Source: an uncultured delta proteobacterium (GTDB lineage Bacteria > Myxococcota_A > Polyangia > Polyangiales > Polyangiaceae). Taken from it: a DNA stretch of 64,000 nucleotides. Position 1 is the first letter of the stretch. Each line of letters begins with the position of its first letter. The position numbers were made by a program, and so were the translations under genes. The notes beneath the pieces were generated by a model. The model ran no database searches, was not told the origin of the DNA, and was given only the letters and a program-made list of their open reading frames with translations. Shown here piece after piece: positions 38,703 to 46,542 of the stretch. The stretch covers positions 1,280,001 through 1,344,000 of the forward strand of contig CAWKKR010000008.1 of NCBI GenBank assembly GCA_963850305.1, written 5' to 3'.

Positions 38703-40169
38703 ATGGGCCCTCTCGCTGCGAAACGAGCCTTCGTGGAGGCGGGCATGGACATTGCTCGGTATCCGCACATGTCCGAGGCCGCGCGCTCACTTTACGTCGC
38801 TCCCGGAGCGGTCGCGAGCCCGGTGCTGCCCGTCGAGGGGCAGGTTCTCGGCGGGACGTACCGGATCCTCCGCAGACTCGACGAGGGCGGCATGGGCACC
38901 GTGTTCGAAGCGGAGCATCTGCGGCTTCACCGTCGCGTCGCCGTGAAGGTCGTCGCAGCGGGCCACGCCGCGAACCCCGAGCTGCTCGCACGCTTCGAGC
39001 AGGAAGCGGAGATCGTCAGCCGGATCCAGCACCCGCACGTGGTGACGGTCCTCGACTTCGACGTCTCCGAGCTCGGCGAGCCCTATCTGGTCCTCGAGCT
39101 CCTCCGCGGGGAGAACCTGGCGACCCGCCTCGAGCGTGAGTCGCCCCTGCCGCTCGAGCAGGCGGTCGCCATCTCGGGGCAGGTGGCCGCCGGACTTTCG
39201 GCGGCGCACCGGGGTGGCGTCGTTCACCGCGACCTGAAGCCCGGAAACGTCTTCCTCATCGCCGCCGAAGAAGACGCCGAAGAAGACGCCGAAGAAGAGG
39301 AGGCTCCGTTCGTGAAGCTCCTCGACTTCGGCATCAGCAAGCGGCTCGGCTCGACCCGGCACCTGACCCAGGTGCGGCAGCTCATCGGCACACCCGATTA
39401 CATGGCGCCGGAGCAGGCCGCCGGGCGCCTCGAGCTCGTCGGTCCGCACACCGACCAGTATGCGCTCGCCGTCGTCGCGTACGAGATGCTCACCGGCATC
39501 CAGCCCTTCTCCGGTCACGACCTCGCGGAGACGCTGCGGCGCGTGACCGAGCTCACCGCCGCCCCGGCCTCTAGCGTCGCCGCGTGGCTTCCGGAGGAGG
39601 TGAGCGCCGTCCTCGCCCGCGGGATGTCCAAGGAGCCGTCCGCGCGGTTCCCCACGGTCGTGGACTTCGCGATCGCGCTCGCACAGGCGGCACAGGTCGC
39701 GCCCGGACTCGGGCGTGGCGCTCCACTCTCGGAAAGAGTCAGGAGCCACGCCGTTTCGGAGCGGCCCGCGCGTGCGAGCACGCTACCCGCGGCGTCTTCG
39801 CTCGCCCCCTGGTTCGCGCGAGCTCGCGTCGCGCTGGACGCCGGAGCGTTTGCCGACGCGGCCAGCCATGTCGAAGCCGCCCTGGAGTGCGCGGACACGA
39901 CGAACGACCCCGCGACGCTCGAAGAGGTCCGGCGCGAGGAGTCGTTGATTGCAACGGTGCTAATCAATCTATTGGGGGGTGCACAGGGGCAGCTGTACCC
40001 GGCCAAGGTCACGTCCTCTCATGACCTTCCACTCTCGCCGCGCACCGTCTTCCTCTTGAGCCGGCTTGCGCCAGGCATGACGGTGGAAGAGGCGCTCGAT
40101 GTCGCCTCCATGCCCCGCACCGAGACGCTGCGACGTCTGGCGCAACTTGCGCGGTGCGGTGCCGTGTAA
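38703..40169 (+). CDS. Cytoplasmic Hanks-type Ser/Thr protein kinase with C-terminal winged-helix-like domain
   Basis: GGMGTV, VAVK, HRDLKPGN, LDFGISK, GTPDYMAPEQ. Confidence 0.93.
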   Translation: MGPLAAKRAFVEAGMDIARYPHMSEAARSLYVAPGAVASPVLPVEGQVLGGTYRILRRLDEGGMGTVFEAEHLRLHRRVAVKVVAAGHAANPELLARFEQEAEIVSRIQHPHVVTVLDFDVSELGEPYLVLELLRGENLATRLERESPLPLEQAVAISGQVAAGLSAAHRGGVVHRDLKPGNVFLIAAEEDAEEDAEEEEAPFVKLLDFGISKRLGSTRHLTQVRQLIGTPDYMAPEQAAGRLELVGPHTDQYALAVVAYEMLTGIQPFSGHDLAETLRRVTELTAAPASSVAAWLPEEVSAVLARGMSKEPSARFPTVVDFAIALAQAAQVAPGLGRGAPLSERVRSHAVSERPARASTLPAASSLAPWFARARVALDAGAFADAASHVEAALECADTTNDPATLEEVRREESLIATVLINLLGGAQGQLYPAKVTSSHDLPLSPRTVFLLSRLAPGMTVEEALDVASMPRTETLRRLAQLARCGAV

Positions 40170-40359
40170 GGCCATCCTCGTGCGACTCTGAGTGCTCGCG
40201 TCCGGAGCGCGCGCCGGCTGGCCTCGTCCAGCTTCGGGAAGAGACGCCGCACGAGTTTCTTGACCGGTCCCCGATGCAGGGGCGGGAGCGATTCGATCCA
40301 AGCGTCGTGGAAGCCCCTCTCCTTTTCGCGTTCCTCTCGCCCACGCCCCGCAGCGCAGC

Positions 40360-40655
40360 GACGAACTTCACATGCCACTCCGTGTGCGGCATCACCGGGA
40401 GTGGGGTTGCAGTCAGGCCAGACGGCTTCACCTGCGCCAAGGGCGCCACGTGCCGCATCGTCTCGCCGACCGGGCAGATCAACTTCGGAAGTCCCGTCAT
40501 CTGCGAGGGCGGTTCGACGTGTTACGTGAGCGCGTTCGACGGCGACATCGTCGGCCCCATCCTGTGCGAGGCGGGCGCGACGTGCGCCTTCGTCGGAAAT
40601 ACCGGAACGCTGTCCGGTATCACCTGTACCTGCGTCGCGGAAGGTTCGCTCGGAT
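40360..40655 (+). pseudogene. Fragment of a Cys-rich repeat secreted protein
   Basis: Three C-x-x-G-x-T-C repeats (CAKGATC, CEGGSTC, CEAGATC); no credible start; runs into mazF. Confidence 0.45.
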
Positions 40656-40686
40656 TGACTCATCCACGGCGCTCGCACGCAGGTCT

Positions 40687-41067
40687 TCAGGCGATGCTCC
40701 GGCCAAGCGCGGCCACCTCGGGAGGTGGCTCGAGCAGCACGCGCATACCGGTCCAGAGGTCCCCCAGCCGCTGCGCGGACAGTCGCCCGAGCTTCCCTTC
40801 GATCAGGTCCCTGTCCACGGCCATGAGCTGAGAGACGTTCACGACTGACGCCTTCGACAACCCACCCTCGCCTTTGCGCAAGCGGACGTTCCCGGGCGCC
40901 GCCGCGAGGTTCAGATTGGACGTGACGGCGGCCACGACCACGGTCTGGATGCCGCTCCGGTTGAAACGATCCTGCTGAACGACGACGGCCGGACGCCGCC
41001 CGCTCGGCGCCGACCCTCGCGAGCGCGGAAGGTCGAGCCACACGACGTCCCCGTAGAGGATCACCAT
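40687..41067 (-). CDS. mazF: PemK/MazF family endoribonuclease toxin
   Basis: GDVVWLDL, RRPAVVVQ.D.FN, VAAVTSN, SVVNVSQLMAVDR. Confidence 0.93.
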   Translation of the reverse strand: MVILYGDVVWLDLPRSRGSAPSGRRPAVVVQQDRFNRSGIQTVVVAAVTSNLNLAAAPGNVRLRKGEGGLSKASVVNVSQLMAVDRDLIEGKLGRLSAQRLGDLWTGMRVLLEPPPEVAALGRSIA

Positions 41068-41312
41068 TCGCCGTCGTCGGCGCGCGCAGTCAGGAGCTCC
41101 CGGCTCATCCGTCGCTGCTCGCGCGCGACATCGCTCTTTCCGAACACCTCGTCCAACCGGCGCGTGATGTCTGCGTCCGTCTGCGCGCGCGCCACCTTCC
41201 GAAGCACGTCCGTGATGAACCGGCTCCGCGTCACGCCGCGACGCTCCGCGGCCTCGTCGACGCGAGCCATGACCTCTTCCGGAACCGAAATGGCGAACTT
41301 GTGAGCGCCCAT
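41061..41312 (-). CDS. Ribbon-helix-helix antitoxin
   Basis: KFAISVPEEVMARVDEAAERRGVTRSRFI; overlaps mazF start. Confidence 0.88.
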   Translation of the reverse strand: MGAHKFAISVPEEVMARVDEAAERRGVTRSRFITDVLRKVARAQTDADITRRLDEVFGKSDVAREQRRMSRELLTARADDGEW

Positions 41313-41649
41313 GGTATTCCCGAAGGAGAATACCGGCCGCTGACGGGAACTGCAAGCGCAGGAAAACAAACGAGGCGCGGGCCGGCTACGCCGCTGCAGC
41401 AGCAGACTGGACGAAACCGCTGCACCGACGTACGGCGCGGCATCCCGAATGGGCTCGAGAACGTACACCGTGCTGCACGAACCAAGGAGGACCACGAGCG
41501 CGGGCAGCGCGCAGTATCACGCAGCGCTCGGAGGAGCGCCGGCACCGCCTCCGGCGGTCCCGCTCCCGCTCGCCCGGCTCCGCCCCCGGAACCGATCCCG
41601 CGCCCGAAACCGACCCCGGCATCGCCAACCGGAGACGTGCTCGGCCGGT

Positions 41650-41996
41650 CACCGATCGAGAGTGTCGAAGCGTGCCTCGACCTCGACGCGGAGCGCGCGA
41701 CGTTTTACGCTGACGTCGTCCGCGTCGCCCTCGGCGACGCCGCCCGCACGGCGCTGGAGACCCTCATGCAATCCCCGGAACACCGAGAGTACCAGAGCGA
41801 GTTCGTCAAGAAGCACGTCTCCCAAGGACGCGCGCAAGAGGCGGGACGCGCGGTCGTGGCGGTGCTCGAGGCGCGAGGGCTCGCGGTCTCGACCGAGCAC
41901 CGGACCCGCATCCTGGCGTGCACGAGCATCGACGTCCTCGAAGCATGGATCCGCCGCGCCGTGACCGTCGCCTCCGTCGAAGACCTGTTCGGCTGA
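41650..41996 (+). pseudogene. C-terminal remnant of a myxobacterial paralogous (Rpn-like tail) family gene
   Basis: EYQSEFVKK..QGRAQE...VLEARGL...RILACTSIDVLEAWIRRAVTVASVEDLF; no N-terminal part. Confidence 0.65.
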
Positions 41997-42135
41997 GGAC
42001 GCCGCGGCTCCGTATCGCCGCGGAGGCTCGTGCACCGCGTGGTTGCGGCTCACCACTTCGGGTCGCTGCCTCCAGCGTGGCGATCCGCGTGTTGAGCGCC
42101 CCGCTGGCGGTGGTGGCACTCGCTGCCTCGTCGCG

Positions 42136-42589
42136 TTAGTCGCGCGCGCTCTCCGCGTTCGTCGCGTGCCCCGCTTCCACCGCGTAGGGCACCGCGCCGA
42201 TCTTCGTCCGCCCGAGAGACGACCCATCGACGAGCACCTCGGCCCAGACGTCGGGGCTTGCTTTCACCTGCGTGGTGCACGTATCCGGCAACGCGATCGA
42301 AAAGCGTCCGCCATCGAGCGTGATGGGAGTGGATGCCGTCTGACACGCGGGCGTCGTGCCACTCGATGCCGCGGTCCAGAAGTCCACCTGGATGTTGTGG
42401 TTCCCCGTGAGCGCGGCACCGGTCGCGTCTTCGAGCGTGCCGGAGTACGTGAGCGCGCCGGTCGAGGGAATGCCGGCGACGAGCGCGCGGCCGGCGAGGA
42501 AGGCGGCGGCGAACTCGGCGGAATGTCAGGATCGATGCCGGGGTCGACGCGGGGCCGAGCGGTCTTGCCGGCGAGGACGTCACCTTCAC
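42136..42589 (-). pseudogene. Truncated secreted protein (N-terminal LTYSGTL...VPYAVEA anchor domain only)
   Basis: AGIPSTGALTYSGTLED...RTKIGAVPYAVEAGHA followed by a stop; frameshift near the signal peptide. Confidence 0.55.
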
Positions 42590-42872
42590 GGACGGGGGCG
42601 CTCATCGGCATGCCTTCGTCTGAGGGCCGCCGAGGTCCGGTCGCTGCTCGCCTCTGCGCCCATGTTCACACTCGCCGCGCGCAGGGTGCCGTACCGACCG
42701 TTCCGCGTCAATGAACGGCCTGAACCCGGGATACGGCTCCCGCCGACGGGACGCGGGTCGACACACTGCGGAGGGCGGCACGGCGCCTAAAGCGTCTTTC
42801 AGTGGCTCTAGTCATTTCTACGTCACCGACGGACCCAGGCGCGCGAGCACGAGCCCTCGAACCCGGGGGTGC

Positions 42873-44162
42873 TCACGATCTGGTTCTCCGGTCGCTCGCC
42901 TCGTGCTTGCATGCCATGGCGCGTGCCTCGAGCAGCTCTCGCTCGCGCGTGTTCTGGGTCATGGAGGCCGCGCGTTCGAACTCGACGCGGGCCTCGTCGA
43001 GCCGCCCGAGCTTCATCAGCAGATCGCCCCGGACGCTGGGCAACAGGTGATACGCGCGGAGCGCGGGCTCCTCGACGAGCGCGTCGACCAGCTCGAGACC
43101 CTCCGCGGGACCGAAGGCCATCGCCACGGCGACCGCGCGGTTCAGCTCGACGACCGGAGAGTGCGTGAGCTCGGCGAGCGCGTCGTAGAGCGCGACGATC
43201 CTGGGCCAGTCCGTCGCGTCGCCCGTGCGAGCGCGCGCGTGACACGCGGCGATCGCGGCCTGGAGCGTGTAGAGACCGAGCGGGCGCGATAGCTCTTCGG
43301 CGCGCGCGAGCGCAGCGAGCCCCCGTCGCAGGAGGAGCTGATCCCATCGAGAACGATCCTGGTCGAGGAGGAGAATCGGTTCCCCCGACGGCCCCACCCG
43401 CGCCCGGGCGCGCGACCCGGTCAGCTCCATGAGCGCGACGAGACCGTGGAGCTCCGCTTCTTCCGGAACGAGCTCGGCAAGGATCCGTCCGAGCCGCAAG
43501 GCGTCCTCGCAGAGCTCCGTTCGCATCCAGTCGTCGCCGCGCGTCGCGGCGTACCCCTCGTTGAAGACGAGGTAGAGGACCTCCAGCACGGAGGGCAGAC
43601 GGGCGGCGAGGTCGTCGCCGCGCGGAACCTCGAAGGGCACGCGCGCCTGGGCGAGCGTGCGTTTCGCGCGCACGATGCGCTGGGCGATCGTCGGCTCCGG
43701 TACCAGGAACGCCCGGGCAATCTCGTCCGTCGTGAGCCCTCCGAGGAGCCGCAGGGTGAGTGCGACGCGTGCCTCCGTGGAGAGGATGGGATGGCACGCG
43801 ATGAGAATGAGCCGGAGCAGGTCGTCGCCCACGTCCTCGTCGAGCGCGCTCTCGACGTCGGGCGCGGCCGGCGACGCGCTCATGGCTTCTCCGTCGATGG
43901 CCTCGTGCTTGCGTTCGAGCATCCTCTGCCGGCGAAGCTGGTCGAGCGCGCGGTTCTTCGCCGTGGTCATGAGCCACGCGCCGGGGTTGTCCGGGATGCC
44001 CGTCTCCTGCCAGCGCTCGAGCGCGGTCACGAGCGCTTCCTGCGCCAGATCTTCGGCGACGCCGACGTCGCGAACCACCCGCGCGAGGCCACCGATCAGC
44101 CGCGCGGACTCGATCCGCCAGACTGCCTCGATGGCCTTGCGCGTGGTGATTGTATTATTCAT
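42873..44162 (-). CDS. ECF42-type sigma factor with C-terminal TPR extension
   Basis: AEDLAQEAL, DDLLRLILIACHP, LYLVFNEGY, LDQDRSRWD, LQAAIAACH, SPVVELNRAVA. Confidence 0.93.
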   Translation of the reverse strand: MNNTITTRKAIEAVWRIESARLIGGLARVVRDVGVAEDLAQEALVTALERWQETGIPDNPGAWLMTTAKNRALDQLRRQRMLERKHEAIDGEAMSASPAAPDVESALDEDVGDDLLRLILIACHPILSTEARVALTLRLLGGLTTDEIARAFLVPEPTIAQRIVRAKRTLAQARVPFEVPRGDDLAARLPSVLEVLYLVFNEGYAATRGDDWMRTELCEDALRLGRILAELVPEEAELHGLVALMELTGSRARARVGPSGEPILLLDQDRSRWDQLLLRRGLAALARAEELSRPLGLYTLQAAIAACHARARTGDATDWPRIVALYDALAELTHSPVVELNRAVAVAMAFGPAEGLELVDALVEEPALRAYHLLPSVRGDLLMKLGRLDEARVEFERAASMTQNTRERELLEARAMACKHEASDRRTRS

Positions 44163-44230
44163 TCATCGCGTTTCGCCGGTCGTTCGCCGTCTCGCGTCAC
44201 ATCCGACCGGAAAAACAGCGGGCGCTCGGC

Positions 44231-44611
44231 CTACGCGAGCTCCTTGCCGAAGTCCTCGGGCTCGAAGACTGGGCGAAGCTCGATCTCGGACTCTTCGCCG
44301 GGCATCGGATCGGGGCAGCGCCTGACCCATTCGATGGCCTCTTCCATCGACTTTACCTGCCAGACCCAGTAGCCCGCGACGAGCTCCTTGGTCTCGGCGA
44401 AGGGACCGTCGACGACGGTCTTCTTTCCGCCCGACCCGGTGAATCGCACGCGCTTGCCCTTGCGGCTCGGGTGCAGGCCGTCGCCTGCCAGCATGATGCC
44501 GGCCTTGACCAGCTCCGCGTTGAATTTGCCCATCTCCGCGAGCAGCTCTTCACCCGGCATGAGGCCCGCCTCGGAGTTCTTCGTCGCCTTGACCATCACC
44601 ATGACTCGCAT
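44231..44611 (-). CDS. YciI/DGPF family protein
   Basis: VVDGPFAETKELVAGYW, EIELRP. Confidence 0.93.
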   Translation of the reverse strand: MRVMVMVKATKNSEAGLMPGEELLAEMGKFNAELVKAGIMLAGDGLHPSRKGKRVRFTGSGGKKTVVDGPFAETKELVAGYWVWQVKSMEEAIEWVRRCPDPMPGEESEIELRPVFEPEDFGKELA

Positions 44612-44622
44612 TGGCGTCCTCC

Positions 44623-44994
44623 TCACGGACCCTTGCCGGGTTCGAACATCGGCCGCACCTCGGACTCGCCCTCGAATCCGGGCCAGTGCTTCCGGTGCAG
44701 CTCCATGAACTCGGTCGCGATCCGGATCGCCTCTGCCTTCGACTCGACCTTCAGGATCGCCCAGCCGCCGATGACCTCCTTGCTCTCGGAGAACGGGCCG
44801 TCGGTCACGGTGATCTTGCCGTTGGCGAGCCGAAGCCGGACGCCCTCCTTGCTCGGCAAGAGGCCGCCCGTGTCGACGAGCGAGCCGTCCTTCAGCGACT
44901 TCTGCACGAACTTGCCCATCGCTTCCATAAAGGCCGGCTGTGGGGGGGACTCGCGATAGGACTCGGAATGTCGGATGAACGTCAGGTATTTCAT
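44623..44994 (-). CDS. YciI/DGPF family protein
   Basis: VTDGPFSESKEVIGGW, EVRP; RBS AAGGAGG. Confidence 0.93.
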   Translation of the reverse strand: MKYLTFIRHSESYRESPPQPAFMEAMGKFVQKSLKDGSLVDTGGLLPSKEGVRLRLANGKITVTDGPFSESKEVIGGWAILKVESKAEAIRIATEFMELHRKHWPGFEGESEVRPMFEPGKGP

Positions 44995-45023
44995 GGCTCC
45001 TCCTTTGGGGGTTCCGACAGAGC

Positions 45024-45050
45024 GACGAACGAGGCAGGGCGGGATCGACA
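45024..45050 (-). promoter_or_regulatory. ECF42-type promoter TGTCGA-N17-CGTC
   Basis: Minus strand TGTCGAtcccgccctgcctcgttCGTC, 30 nt before the first DGPF gene; matches the ECF42 consensus as I recall it. Confidence 0.7.
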
Positions 45051-45275
45051 CGCCGCGGGAATTTTTTTGCCGGACCGTCGTCCCACGAGACCCGTGGGCG
45101 TTCAAGCGCCCGGACGGCCGGGTCTCGCGTCCGGGTCCTTGCCGTGACGCCTCCCGGTCTGTGTCCTCGAGGCACCCGGTTTACGTCCCCCCAGGACCGA
45201 ATCCGTGATTGAACAGAGCCGGACCTGTAACCAAGGGTCCCGGTCTATTCCGTCACCCAGGCCCCCGGTCGCTCA

Positions 45276-45700
45276 ATCGCCGGCACTCCCGCCGGGACCA
45301 TGCACACTCCCGCCGGGATCACGCGTCCTCCCGTCGGGATCATGCACACTCCCGTCGGGATCATGCACACTCCCGTCGGGATCATGCACACTCCCGTCGG
45401 GATCACGCGTCCTCCCGCCGGGATCACGCGTCCTCCCAGCCGGGATCACGCGTCCTCCCGTCAGGGTCATGCGGCAAACCCGCCGGGATCATGCACACTC
45501 CCGTTGGGATCATGCACACTCCCGCCGGGATCACGCGTCCTCCCGCCGGGATCGCCGGCACTCCCGTCGGGATCATGCACACTCCCGCCCGGGATCACGC
45601 GTCCTCCCGTCGGGATCACGCGTCCTCCCGTCAGGGTCATGCGACAAACCCGGCGGGAGGACCGACGATCCCGACGGGATCATGGGTTACCCCGCCGAGG
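45276..45700. repeat. 21-bp variant tandem repeat array, about 20 units
   Basis: Constant CTCCCGYCGGGATC core alternating with variable short segments (ATGCACA, ACGCGTC, GCCGGCA, ATGCGGCAA). Confidence 0.95.
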
Positions 45701-45877
45701 TTGCTGCCGATGCCGGGAGAACGGGCGCCCGTCCCGCCGCGCCGGTCGATGATCGCGTACGGGAGCGGCCCTGATCTCCGCGGGATCGTCGGTCATCGCG
45801 GCGAGCTCGGTGTCAACCTCGCGCGGGATGGCGCTGACCCCGGCGGTCGAAGGCACCCTGTCGCGCGCCGACTGCGA

Positions 45878-45914
45878 ACGCGAGCGGAGCGAGCCGCGGG
45901 GGTCAAGACCCCCT
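45878..45914 (-). repeat. REP-like palindrome (GGGGGTCTTGACCCCC family)
   Basis: Reverse complement matches 63782-63812; lies just 3' of hpt. Confidence 0.85.
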
Positions 45915-45930
45915 TTTCTAGGCGCATGCT

Positions 45931-46452
45931 TCACTCGACGACCCTCAGATCCGGCAGGTTCCGGTACATCTGCGCGGCGTCGAGGCCGTAGCCGACGACG
46001 AACACGTCTTCGATCGTGAAGCCGAGATAGTGGACCTCGACGGGTTCGACGGTGCGCGCGGGCTTGTGGAGCAGCGCGCAGAGCTTCACGCTGCTCGGGC
46101 CGCGCGCCGTCACTTGCTCGACGAGGAAGCGACTCGTGAGGCCGGTGTCGACGATGTCTTCGACGATGAGCACGTCCTGTCCCTGGATCGGTCGCGCGAG
46201 ATCGAGCGTGATGCGGACGACGCCGCTCGATTGAGTCGAGTCGCCGTAGCTCTGCACGCCGAGAAACTCGACGGACAGCGGCAGGTCAATCGCGCGCGCG
46301 AGGTCCGCCATGAACACGAAGCTTCCCTTGAGGACGCCGAGGAGAACGAGGGAGCGATCGCGATAGTCTTCGGTGATGCGCGCACCGAGCGCCTTGACTC
46401 GCTCCGCGATGGTGTCGGCGGAGAGAAGGACCGTGGCGGGGCGGGGAGACAC
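45931..46452 (-). CDS. hpt: Hypoxanthine phosphoribosyltransferase
   Basis: [43 protein letters not shown]. Confidence 0.96.
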   Translation of the reverse strand: MSPRPATVLLSADTIAERVKALGARITEDYRDRSLVLLGVLKGSFVFMADLARAIDLPLSVEFLGVQSYGDSTQSSGVVRITLDLARPIQGQDVLIVEDIVDTGLTSRFLVEQVTARGPSSVKLCALLHKPARTVEPVEVHYLGFTIEDVFVVGYGLDAAQMYRNLPDLRVVE

Positions 46453-46542
46453 TGGGCTTGACGGTAGCAGAGGAGAGGCAAGAGGACGTTCTCGGATCGG
46501 CTGGGTGCGCTGGCGCAACTTCGGAGGGTCGGACGATTTCCG

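Noticed and set aside
45276..45700. CRISPR array
   Set aside because: Period is only 21 bp, the variable parts are 7-9 nt and reused, and no cas genes are in the window.
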